Positions 25,485 through 37,637 of a stretch of DNA of 64,000 bases are shown piece after piece. The notes beneath the pieces were generated by a model, which was given only the letters and a program-made list of their open reading frames with translations, ran no database searches and was not told the DNA's origin. Each line of letters begins with the position of its first letter. Positions within the stretch are counted from its first letter, which is position 1. A program made the translations under genes and the position numbers. Where the stretch lies: the NCBI RefSeq assembly GCF_964355755.1, contig NC_092676.1:10145888-10209887 (forward strand), read 5' to 3'. Origin of the DNA: Antedon mediterranea. Lineage: Eukaryota > Animalia > Echinodermata.

Positions 25485-25988
25485 CAGAAGCCCGTTCGCC
25501 ACATAGGCTTAATTCTGGCGGCCCCGCCACTTAAAATTATCTAGCGGACGGCAAGGCAATCATAATTATGCTACGGAAGTCAGCCACTACTGCTACAAGT
25601 CATAATAAATATTATACATTACCAATACTTTTAAAGCGATTTTGTCCTCAAATCTCGCGTCAACGTTGTCATCGTCATGTGAACGCAAACAACAACAGTA
25701 GCCTATACAACTGACATTAAATAACTTTCAGTACATCTTATAATCTCACTCCTACCAGATATATAATAGTAAGGAAAGAAGAAAAAACAAATTATTTTCC
25801 TATATTATACACATTTACATTACATTTAGTGCATCACTACATTTTATTTGCCTTTTCTTTATTTATTAAAAACTCACTATTGCAAACATTGTTGACGCAA
25901 TACAGACAAATTAAGTGGCGGCCACCAGATAATTAAGTGGCGGCCGCCAGATAACAAATTTAACTATAGTGACCCGAACGGGCTTCGG
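25485..25988. mobile_element. MITE with TA flanks
   Basis: TIRs CAGAAGCCCGTTCG / CGAACGGGCTTCGG with TA on both sides; subterminal TTAAGTGGCGG repeats. Confidence 0.75.
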
Positions 25989-27620
25989 TAGATATAAGAA
26001 TTTTTTTTAAATAATTTTTTATAATGTTTTTTTGCAAATGGAGGCCTCCTGTCAAATTTGGCCATGGTAGAATTTAAAGAAAATTTCATTCATCTCACAT
26101 TTTTGTTACTAGCAGTGAACTTTGAGCATGAGTGTAGGCCTACTTAACAAAAGATTAGGAGTGAGTAACGTGAAAATATTAGGATAACAAAGCAAGAAGA
26201 GAGTAATTAAACGAATTAGAAGATCATAAAACGGTATAAGCCTATATGGATTTTTAAACTACTGGATGATACCAATTAGACAACCAAAGGAAAATTTATA
26301 AAAGTAAAGACCATAGGAATACAAAAAGGATGAAGGGCCGAATAAAAAATATTACGTAAAAGGAAAACATACAAAAACATTAACAAACCATCCTACAAAC
26401 AGAAAATATGGAAACAAATCGTAGAAAACGTGTCTGAACAGGAAGGATGACCGAAAACGTTTCAGGGGCCGGGAGGGGAGTATTTTTTAGTGTTATTGTC
26501 ACATGAAACTTCCCTATATTATGTCCTTGGATATTGTTATTGCATGCTAAGGCCTATAGGTCTACGGGTTCTCTTCAATGCGCCTCGTGAAAATACAACC
26601 TTTCAGCTGTCACCGAATGAAATTTGTACTCATCATAAACATATCAATTATTTTGTATAAGTTATTTTAAACTCTCACACTTCCTTGTTGTTGCTGAACA
26701 AACTGTTATACCGCCGCCATCAAGTAGATATGTGCGCGTATAAGATGAGCATGGCCACCACCATTATTTAGGGCAATAGCTAGCGAGCTTAGAGTCGGCG
26801 CGGTATAGAGTACGTAAGTTTTTGTTGTGAAATATTGATTGACAGAAAATTGTTCTGAAAGAAGGGTTGAAAAACAACTTTGAAAGTAGTAATATGACAC
26901 TCTTTTTCAACATGTAGTGAGATGTTTACTATGCATTACTAGAATGAGGGAGCAAAAGGAAGAGAACAAATGTACGTAGACATGTGCCTGATCGTTTTAT
27001 ATGGTCATTTTTAAATCTGATTGTTAAAACAGTTGTAAAACTTTAATCTATACTTAATAACAGTGTGTAGGCTAGGCCCTCTCTGACTAGAACAGCTGTA
27101 TGTGTTTTGTGTGCTTTCTCCTGTCAAAAGGAAGAAGGATGTCACCGTGTCAGCCAACAGGGCAAGCGAGCTAGTGACAGTCTGACTAGGACTAGCCTAG
27201 ACCAGGGAACATTTTCGCCAGTGTAGCGTAGCAAAAAGCTATACAAAACAACCTTATTGCTACACATTTTGAAAATTGTGTAGCAAAAAATACAATACAA
27301 AACTATGTTTCTCGACTTAAAAATCAGTTTGATTAGCAATATTGCTAAACAAAATTGTTAAATGAAAATTTTCCCTGTAGACGTACAGTCAGTAGACCTA
27401 GGCTACCCTCTTGTCTAGTAGTAGGAATGTAGTAGTAGTAACTTAAACACTAACAGTAGTAGGGGTGTGTAGAAAGCGACGACCTCGAATTGAACGACCT
27501 CGAATTGAACGACCCATAACACGAAACCGACGACCCCTATAGCCTAGCCTAGGCCTAAGTGTGGTATAACATCCCGAAGCCGAACATAGCCAAAGATCTT
27601 TAAACTATACCTTATTATAT

Positions 27621-28413
27621 ACGCCGTGGTTAGGATTCCGGCACCGGAACCCAACTGCCCAGCGTTAGGGGAATCTGACACGCTATTGCGCATGCCCAGA
27701 GCGAGGTAATCGGCGACTCTCTATACTTATTACTATACCAATTCTTTGACTATACAGCGATGGATCATTTCATAGCTGCGCCACACGGCGAACTAGCCTA
27801 GATGCCTACTAATGCGGGATCCACTAATCTAGGCTAGGGCTACCAGTTAGACGTGACCAGTGGGCCTATTTATTTTGTAATTAAAAAATGGTTGAATCAA
27901 CCATTTTTTAGATGCTTCATTCATATATAAACTTCATATCATTATGAATTATATAATTACATGACTAGTTTTATGATTTTTCATAACGCATTTAATATAC
28001 TGTACATAACATGCAATCACAAGTTGATTTGTTGACGGCAGCCACCGCGTGGATGTGAAAAAACTGTTCGGGAATTCGGGGTCGCAACGTTAAAAACAGC
28101 ATTACGATTCTTAGATAGATACTGATTCTTATTAATATCATTATAATTATTTTAACGCGTGGCGTAGTCGTATTTTAATTATTAATTCATGTATGGCATA
28201 GGCCAAGTTTCATCCATCTCTCGCTCGCGCAACGACTCGACTATCTAGGCTACAGTAAATCCCTATAACACTCCGACTCTCGGTGGTGTGGTGTGTGGCA
28301 CTATTAGTGCAAGCTATAATTCACTTCCCAGAGCTCTGGGCATGCGCAATATCGTGTCGGATTCCCTAACGGTGGGCAGTTGAGTTCCGGTGCCGGAATC
28401 CTAACCACGGCGT
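27621..28413. mobile_element. MITE inserted into the left TIR of the 27463-32851 element
   Basis: Long TIRs ACGCCGTGGTTAGGATTCCGGCACCGGAAC...; ATTATAT on both flanks; absent from the right-hand TIR at ~32645, which shows the empty site. Confidence 0.88.
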
Positions 28414-30721
28414 ATTATATAATACTCGCAAGCAAGCAATTGATTGAAAAAATACAGAAATATCGCCATTTGTGTCGACACGAACAAACGAAAAGATATG
28501 GAACGCCAAGAGTGCATCATTAAAACTGCATTCGACATATTAAAAATAAATTAAAAAGAAATAAATATTATACAATACATGGTTAAACCATGGACGTATA
28601 ATTACATCTCGTCTTCTTATAACGAACACTATAGGCCTACCAAGCAGCGTAACATGTGCATGGGGGGATATGACCGGTTGGGCCGCCGACAAGTTGAGCC
28701 GCCGGTATTTTCTATGAAACGGCCAGTGCGTCTTTTACGACATTTCGCGTAGTGATAGAGTGGTGTCCTAGTAGGCCCTACATAAGTTCATGGTCTTTAG
28801 GTTTATTGTGTCATGAAAATAAATAATAATTACATACTACAATTTTATTGGTTTGAAACAGCAAAGGAAAGTAGTCATATTTAATAATTTAATTGTTTTA
28901 ATCTTTCAAGGTAAAAATGCAGTGCACTCCATAATATTTTTCTCGCGTGTATGCCTACCACGTAAAATCACGTTGTCTCTCAGGACTAATAGAGTATTGA
29001 TATTCTTCGAATGAGGTTAAATAATTATTATTTTTTATTTACTATCTTTTAATATCATATTTTATTGAATTTTACAATGTTAATACACAAAATATTTTAC
29101 TAAAAACCGGTGATTTTATGCAATTATTTTACTTCAACTGCCGCCTGAGGGGGCAACATGTTTACGTCATTTTTGGCTAAAAACGATCATTTTCGGTCAT
29201 GTTTTAGGCCTTATATTTTGGAATCTACAAGTCAGATATTCATAATTATTTCTCTTTAATTATAATATTTAATAATATATACTAAAAACCATGATATATA
29301 AACATCGTTATATCTAATAATTGATATAATAGAACCACAAGGCTCGAGGTTAGCCCATCTTTATGGTCTTCCCAAGACGCACAAAGAAAATCTATCTATT
29401 AGGCCAATACTCTCAGCCACTGGCACTTACAATTTTAAATTAGCACAATGGTTAGATGAGAAGCTAAAACCATTAGCCAGCAACGAATACTCTATACCAG
29501 ACATTTTTGATTTTGCTAAAGAGTTACGTTCTACTGAAATTGGTTCAGATGATGTTCTGGTCTCTTACGACGTAGTTTCTCTATTCACCAATGTTCCACT
29601 TGATGAGACCATTAACATTCTTGTTCATAAGGCCTTTAAAGATGACTGGTTTAACATTGAACACGGTTTATCTATCGATAAACAAGGTCTTAAGGACCTA
29701 CTTACAATTGCGACCAAAAATCAACTTTTCCAATATGATGGTGATCTATACGAGCAGGTTGATGGCGTAGCCATGGGTTCACCGCTTGGACCACTGATGG
29801 CAAATGTTTTCATGTGTTACATTGAAGATACCTTACAAGCAACAGGGAAAATGCCGCAGTTCTATCGTCGCTACGTTGATGACACAATCGTATTCATGCC
29901 TTGAAGCCAGGTTTCAGCACAGAATTTTTTGAACACTTTGAACAATTCACACGATGCCGTTGATTTTACAATGGAAATTGCTAGAGATAACTCAATACAT
30001 TTTTTAGGTATGACTATCTCAAAAAACGATGTATCTCTTGAAACCAAAGTATATAAGAAATCCACTAATAAAGGCTTATTATTACATTATGATAGCCATG
30101 TGGATATCAAACATAAACGTAATCTAATTCACACAATGCTTAATAGGGCCTACAAATTGTCATCTACGCATGACATTTTCCTATCAGAGGTTGATAATGT
30201 AACTAAGATTTTTCAAAAGTTGAATTATCCTTTAGATCTTTTTTTAATAAAGTTTTAAATAAAATTAGTCTAATTGTTAAGGCTTTCAACCAATCCATTA
30301 ATACTTGTGTGACTCCTAGTAATACTAATGAAGATATGCTAACTGATGAATCTCCCCAGCCTATTAGGATTGTACTACCGTACAAGGATCAAACTTGTTG
30401 ATTGAAATATATATTTTGTGTTTAGTAACACGGTTACTAAACAACTTAGTGCGAAGATTGAAAATGATATTTTACCAGTATTTACTAGTCGTAAGATACT
30501 GTAGGTGACACCTTAAAACCTAAAGAAATGAAACCCAGAATCATTAATTCACAATGCGTTGTGTACAAATTTCAATGTGGTTAGTGTGATACAAACTATG
30601 TCGGTTACACTTGCCGACACCTTTACAAACGCATTAATGAACATAACAAAAGTATTATAGGCGATCACCTAAAACAATATGGCATAACTGGTGATATCTC
30701 AGAATACTTTAGAGTCTTATC

Positions 30722-31920
30722 CAGGGCTCGATTTATCTTTTTCATGTTGCTAGCCCACTGGGCTAGTTCACTGTAGATTTCACTAGCCCATACATTATTT
30801 TACTAGCCCACTCATATCGTACCGTGATAGCAGGGCCACCATATAAATGAATACAGGCATTTTGTACAATCTTAACGATCGGGAATTGCTACACATTTAC
30901 ATACATACTGTAATATTGCTTGAAAAATTACACAAAATTGTATTTCTTTATTGTTCACATAAAAATTAACTTTGCGTCGCATAGTCTATTTCATGCTCAT
31001 CACATTTACAGAATTGATTTATTGAGGTCTTTTTGTTGTTGGGCCTAGCCGAGAAAACTTTTTAGATTCTGTCTACCTTAGGCCTAGCCTAGCCCTAACT
31101 AACCTGGCCCATATTAGATAACTGTAGTAGGGTAGCTAGGATAGACCTACCTAGATTGCATTGGAGCACCTGGCCTACTGCTACCAAAATGGTAGTACCT
31201 AGCTGCTGAGCAGCAATCATGATGCCAAATTAAACAATACAAACTCTTGTGTCTTGAGACTGCATACCGAACCTATTGTCTTATTGAAGCTTACAGAGGC
31301 CTTTTATCACTAAATGATTTATTTTTGGTTTTATTTTAAACAAATTAAAAAATACCAAGCTTTTTGGCTTTTGATTCTATCTAGGCCTACGCATTATAAA
31401 ATATGGCCTCCATGGCCTACCAACAGCTGGTATAGAGCCAGCCACCCGGCCCTACAAAATATCCCTAGCTCTGATATGTGACAACCAGGCCTGATGACAA
31501 GACCAGACAAGTTATTTTTAACATTGACAAAATTCTACTACATTTGGCCAATCACAGTTCTTTATTTTTGGTCATATTTTTGTGAAATGTTGGACCTGAT
31601 AATGAAGCTCCGCCTACTTCACAATAACCTGAGTAACAAAAACATAAATGGCCAATCATAATTCGGGAAATTTGCTTGATTATGAGAGGCTCCGCCTACT
31701 TCATCTCTTGTTATGGCCACAGCAGCGCGCGAGTGGTTTTTTTTGCTGATGTTGCCAAGGCATGTCTTTTATGCTGGAATTATTTTTATGAGGTCATTTC
31801 GTCCCAATTTCGAGTTCCCACAACCTACTAGCCATCCGGGCTTAAAGGAAGATACTTTAGGTAGCCCGGAGCTGTTTTTACTAGCCATTGTACGCCGGGC
31901 TAGCACTAAATCGAGCCCTG
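30722..31920. mobile_element. hAT-like non-autonomous element (CAGGGCTCGAT TIRs) inside the Penelope ORF
   Basis: CAGGGCTCGATTTA...TAAATCGAGCCCTG; CTTATC duplicated; subterminal CTAGCCC repeats; removing it restores the GIY-YIG frame FRVLSKCNNKFDCLIKE. Confidence 0.9.
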
Positions 31921-32140
31921 CTTATCTAAATGCAACAATAAGTTTGATTGCTTAATTAAGGAGATGTTGTGGATCAAAGAGATAAAACCTACACTCAATA
32001 AACAATCGGATTCCATCAAAGCTAAATTGTTTATCTAACTCAGTAGGAGGAGCTAATTACTTAATTAGCCCCAAATTAGCATTTCCTGTCACCAACTTTG
32101 GTGCTTAGTGCACATAATTATTATTGTTTTGTATTCACTT

Positions 32141-32181
32141 GATCTTGAAAATGGTTCTATGATGGTACCGAAACGTCGATC
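32141..32181 (+). ncRNA. Minimal hammerhead-ribozyme-like motif at the 3' end of the Penelope-like element
   Basis: GATC-TTGAAAAT-GGT...ACC-GAAACGTC-GATC: closing helix, variant core, helix II, GAAA, minimal helix III and a GUC triplet. The core deviates from CUGANGA. Confidence 0.55.
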
Positions 32182-33671
32182 TCTCCTTTTGTCATTAAAT
32201 TTTATATTGAAATTATATAGTAAACGTCTTTTAATTCGTAAATAGAACTTCTATTAAATAGAAACGAGCACTGGCGAAAGTAAGCATTTGGCGTTTCATA
32301 GAAAATAACGTTTTTCTGGCGGCGCCTCAACTTGTCGGCGGCTCAACTTGGCCTAATCCTGCATGGGGAGGGCCATAAGAAAGCTTTACATTTCACACAT
32401 GCATTGTATACGGTCAAACCATGGAGGTATAAAAATATTTTTACCAAACCATGGAGCTGGTCAAACCATGAAAAAGGGGCCTGGTTTGCCATGTTTATGA
32501 TATTTCGTGTGCTAATCGAGTCGAATGCAGTTTTAATGATGCACTCTTGGCGTTCCATATCTGTTCGTTTGTTCGTGTCGACACATTCAGTATCAAATGG
32601 CGATATTTCTGTATTTTTTCAATCAATTGCTTGCTTGCGAGTATTATATAAGGTATGGTTTAAAGATCTTTGGTTATGTTCGGCTTTGGGATGTTATACC
32701 ATACTTAGGCCTAGGCTAGGCTATTATAGGGGTCGTCGGTTTCGTGTTATGGGTCGTCCAATTCTAGGTCGTCCAATTCGAGGTCGCCCAATTCGAGGTC
32801 GCCCGGGTCGTTGGGGTCGTCCAATTCGAGATCGTCGCTTTCTACACACCCACAGTAGTAGCCTTGTTAAATTGTGAACACAACACATCACGGCACACAG
32901 TGTACCATTATGGATGAGTGTTGACAATACTGTAGGATACTGTAGGCCTATACATGAATCATCATTTTTAAGTAACAATTGTTGTTGTATTTCATTCAAA
33001 TCATATCGTGTCAAATTATTTGAGTTTCCAAATTGTTTACAATTTGTCTGTGGTTATAGTTGTCATCCATATGCACAGGGCTCGATTTTTTAAATTTTAC
33101 TAGCTAGACCACTGGGCTTGTTCAATGTGAGTTTCACTAGCCCACTGGATGTTTCACTAGTCCGCTTATTGACTAAATCTTACTGGGTATATACCGCACA
33201 CCTGAATCAAAACTAACTAAACTACTGTAAGTTCTAGTTAGTTTATAAATACAGTAGTGCCACAGACAAAAAGTTTATCATGTAAAGCAATGAGTGAATG
33301 CACTAAATTGCTCTCCTTGTACTGTATTTCAAATAAAATATGACCGCCCAACCCCACTATCCTCACACACTAAATCCTAGCACCTACTCATGGACTTCGA
33401 ACTATACTGCGGTAATTTTTTTATAGAAATCCGGCCATGGTCTAACTTGACTGGGTGCCATTGGCCAACCAGGCATACTCTGCTGGCTAGCTAGGCCTAT
33501 AATAAATAATATAGGGCTAGGCCTAGAACTAGGCCTAGAAATTAAAAACAAAAAAGTACCTGTATTTCACAAAGTAATACAAAAAAAATATTAATGACAA
33601 GTTACTAAGTATATCATTTGAATATTACATCTTAAAAATGTAATTAAGGAAAGGGTATTTGGCTGTGTTTA

Positions 33672-35073
33672 TGTTATGCGCGATTTGAACGATTTGCGCA
33701 ATTTGAAATTGCGCAAAAAAAATCCTTGCGCAATTTGAATTGAAACATGTGTTTCAAATTGCGCAAGCAACGTATTAAATTGCGCAAGTAATCTGCAAAT
33801 TGCGCAAGGTTTTTCGACAGATTGTGAAATCATGCACACCTATATTTTTATAGTAATTTCTAAGAATGATTCAAAATTAAAGATAAATATCGCATTTCCT
33901 TATTTTAGTAGTGCAAATATTGTTATAAGTTAGCATACCGTCGAAGAACCGACGAAGGAAAACGAAGCGGTGGTGTTCCACCGGGCGGGCGCGGCGCGGG
34001 CGGCCGGCTATACTACTCTAGCCTAGCTAGGGTCTGGACTACTGATCTGACTAGGTTACATGGCCTAGCTTAAACTAATATTAAAAACTTAAAGACCCCT
34101 TCCCTGCAATTTTGGACGTTTTTTGGAAAATAATACATATATATCACTTTAAAAACATTAAACCATGTCATTCCTTGTCTTAAATGTACGTTTTATGGTA
34201 AATTATGATAAAAAGTGAGAAACAATGCACTACCTAAGTAGCTCGCGGCGATCGACCTCTCGTGGACGGTCTTAGGCCTAGCCTAGCTAGGCTTAGTTTT
34301 GTAGGCCTAGCTGGTAAACATCGATAACGTACGAACATCGTACGCTAGCTATATACCTAGCCTGACGTTGTATAGTTGCTGCATTAATTGTCTTTCTATT
34401 TTTGCCAGACTCCGTTGATACAAATTGGGGAAAACCCTGTATTTTCGCTGAAAAGTTAGGAGTCTTCCATTTGTTTTGGCTTCACGATCGATCGAAAAGT
34501 GGGCGAATTACAGGTGAAAAACAAAAATATCAATCCGCGCGCAATGCATTTTGGGATTTATAGCGGGCCGCTATAATTATTAGAATCGATTTATTTTTCA
34601 CATTTTTAACCGTTTAAAGACGAAAAAAGTTATTGCAATAGGACCATATAGTATTATTTTTACATTAAATATAGTTTGTGATCTTAAATTAGATCTAAAA
34701 AACGTAGGGAATGGGGCTTTAAAAAGTGAGTATTAAACATTATCTTCATTGAAATGGTCTTATTTATTTATAATAAAATACTAAATTTTAAACTCCTTGA
34801 AAATTTACAGTTCGTTTTCAAATTGCGCAAAGGTGTCATATTGCGCAAGAACTATCTTGCGCAATTTACAAATTGTGCAGCGCAATTTAAAATTGCGCAA
34901 AGATTTTCTTGCGCAATTTGAAATTGCGCAAGTTGATTGCGCAATTTGAAATTGCGCAAAAAAATCCTTGCGCAATTTTAAATTGTGCAAGAATTCTTTG
35001 TGCAATTTCAAATTGCGCAAGGATTTTTTTGCGCAATTTCAAATTGCGCAAATCGTTCAAATCGCGCATAACA
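33672..35073. mobile_element. Ginger-like non-autonomous element (TGT...ACA ends) with TTGCGCAA arrays
   Basis: TIR TGTTATGCGCGATTTGAACGATTTGCGCAATTTGAAATTGCGCAA is mirrored exactly at the right end; 4-bp TSD TTTA. Superfamily inferred from termini and TSD only. Confidence 0.8.
34093..34718. mobile_element. Kolobok-like non-autonomous element, copy 1 (626 bp)
   Basis: TTAA TSD; termini AGACCCCTTCCCT / AGGGAATGGGGCT; near-identical inverted copy at 36544-37169. Confidence 0.88.
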
Positions 35074-35761
35074 TTTACATACGGCGGTCACACACGCGAT
35101 GCTTGCTAGAAGAGCTAGACCAGCTGCTGGGATGGTGAGACTAGAGCACATGTTTTGTCACTAAATTTGGGTAACGAAATTGGTTGATTTTTTTCGGAGA
35201 AAAAAATTAATTAAAATTCCAAAGACAGAAGTGAAGCATCTTCCTCTAATTAATAAACATAGGCCTACTTCTATTAAACAAATTTTTTATTAACTATACT
35301 ATATTTTATACATTAAAATTGATTTGTTCAATAAAAGCAACCATTTGGTTGGTACTTGTTCTGGCTTAAAAGACTAGTTGAGGCATTTATCTGACACCGC
35401 ACTGGATACACTGTGAGGTGTAATGGAAGTAAATTGGCACTTGAAAGCAGACAGGGGAATCCCCTTATTGGTGACTTGACACGCTGATTTAAGGAGCGTG
35501 ATTAGTTGCTCTCCTTCGTTAAAGGCCGGTGCACACCGAACGCGAAGCAGCGAAGCGTCATGCGTCACGCGTCATTTGACGGATCGCTTTGGAAGTTGAA
35601 TTGTCATGCGTCTATTAGTTTTTCTTGTCGGTTCCCACTAAACGCGTCACGATCTGCTGATTCGGCGCGATTGCTAGGGTGTTCCAGGTTGGATCTGCAT
35701 ACAATGAATAGTGTAAGTGAAACCAGGGAAGAGTTAAATTAAACGAGGAACGTGATTGCGA

Positions 35762-37637
35762 CAGTGGCGTATCCAGTAGGGGGGCCGGGGGCCCGGGCCC
35801 CCCTGATTTTGTTTCCGTCGGCACATCATCGCGGCCGTCGGCAAACAAAGGTGCCGGGGAAAAAAATAAACTATTTATTCTGACAATAATTGAACTGTAA
35901 ACATAATTCTTTTGAGTGTTTGTTTATTTACATCATAATATCATCATTGATCCCTTCAGATCAACTATTTTTTATTTTCATTACATCTAACGAAACACGT
36001 AAAAAATATGTAGCACGTACGTACGGCCGTACGCGGTAGATTGTTTACTCAAAAGTCTTTGACCTTACCCTAAAACCTTGTTTTTGCATGCAGTTGAGCC
36101 TCTCATGACCTGGGATTTGTATGTCTTCCTACGCTAAGAGATTATAGTTCCACATGCCATGTGCTTTTTTGTCTAAGATATATTTATTATAAGTGCCAAA
36201 AACCCGGTTTTTTTTCTCGATATGAGGCCTTTATTATTCAAAATTTTTAAAGAAAAAGCACATATACCATAACAAATATCCATGTATTTCATTTTTGGAA
36301 CAGAATATTCCGTGAGGCTCAACTACAAAACCACCATTTTGTGATATGATGTCATCGTAAGCCAATCAAAGCTGAGCTTTCTCGCGATTGGCATTGCTCA
36401 CGGTTGAATGATTTAGGATTCTAGCTGATTTGATTGGTGATGCGAATCACCCGCAGCGGAATGTTTTCTCGCGCATGTACCATGAATCTCTCTGATCGTT
36501 ACTACACAAAGTTAGAGCAATGAATTTGTCCGAATTCCGTTAAAGCCCCATTCCCTACGTTTTTTTGATCTAATTTAAGATCACAAACTATATTTAATGT
36601 AAAAATAATACTATATGGTCCTATTGCGATAACTTTTTTCGTCTTTAAACGGTTAAAAATGTGAAAAATAAATCGATTCTAATAATTATAGCGGCCCGCT
36701 ATAAATCCCAAAATGCATTGCGCGCGGATTGATATTTTTGTTTTTCACCTGTAATTCGCCAACTTTTCGATCGATCGTGAAGCCAAAACAAATGGAAGAC
36801 TCCTAACTTTTCAGCGAAAATACCGGGGTTTCCCCAATTTGTATCAACGGAGTCTGGCAAAAATAGAAAGACAATAAATGCAGCAACTATACAACGTCAG
36901 GCTAGGTATATAGCTAGCGTACGATGTTCGTACGTTATCGATGTTTACCAGCTAGGCCTACAAAACTAAGCCTAGCTAGGCTAGGCCTAAGACCGTCCAC
37001 GAGAGGTCGATCGCCGCGAGCTACTTAGGTAGTGCATTGTTTCTCACTTTTTATCATAATTTACCATAAAACGTACATTTAAGACAAGGAATGACATGGT
37101 TTAATGTTTTTAAAGTGATATATATGTATTATTTTCCAAAAAACGTCCAAAATTGCAGGGAAGGGGTCTTTAAGTAAACAACTTTATATATTTTATAAGC
37201 ATTTAATAACATTTTTTATTGATATTTCCAATGGTGATATATAAAATAAATTACTAAAAAACGTAATTATATGTAATTATTTTAACCAAAAATGGCGTAG
37301 TTAATAGAATTGTCGACTGAGGCCGCAAATTGTTTTACTTCTTTCGTGGCTAAAAACGATCATTTTCGGCGATGTTTTAGACCCTATATTTCGAAAACTA
37401 CAAATCAGATTTTCCTAATTCTTTCTTTATTGTAATATGAATACAACATACTAACAGATAATGTTGGTTTGGTTTTAATTTTGCATCGATATCCCATATA
37501 AGACAATATGACTATGTAATCCTAGAACATATATTGATCAGAGACGTCGTGTATGTACAGATAATGACACCAATTTTGTCGGCAAATTGGCAATTCCCGG
37601 CCCCCCCCCCAACTTCAAAATCCTGGATACGCCACTG
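35762..37637. mobile_element. hAT non-autonomous element
   Basis: TIRs CAGTGGCGTATCCAG / CTGGATACGCCACTG; perfect 8-bp TSD GATTGCGA. Confidence 0.93.
36544..37169. mobile_element. Kolobok-like element, copy 2 (inverted), nested in the hAT element
   Basis: TTAA TSD; reverse complement of 34093-34718 with only a few substitutions. Confidence 0.9.

Larger units (their letters stand above)
29330..32215 (+). mobile_element. Decayed, 5'-truncated Penelope-like retroelement (RT + GIY-YIG endonuclease), interrupted at 30722-31920
   Basis: RT motifs LYGLPKTHK..RPILS, SYDVVSLFTNVP, GVAMGSPLGPLMANVFM, RYVDD; VYKKST..LHYDS; GIY-YIG VVYKFQC..YVGYT.RHL..RINEH; C-terminal IKE.L.IK..KP.LN resumes after the insertion. 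Internal stops (e.g. TGA near 29903) and frameshifts. Confidence 0.93.
27463..32851. mobile_element. Long-TIR Mutator/Foldback-like non-autonomous element carrying nested insertions
   Basis: Termini GGGTGTGTAGAAAGCGACGA / TCGTCGCTTTCTACACACCC; perfect 10-bp TSD ACAGTAGTAG (27453-27462 and 32852-32861); inverted similarity extends inward to ~28730 and ~32270; subterminal GACCTCGAATT repeats. Confidence 0.92.

Noticed and set aside
32896-32932. RSS-like CACAGTG heptamer
   Set aside because: The best nonamer-like string (ACAATACTG) is a poor match at 21-bp spacing, with no partner end or TSD; expected by chance.
32332-33014. 181-aa and 96-aa ORFs with RPIRG repeats
   Set aside because: They lie in the right TIR of the MULE-like element; the mirrored left arm does not keep the frame.
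34805-35109. ORFs with LRNFKLRK repeats
   Set aside because: Translations of the TTGCGCAA array.
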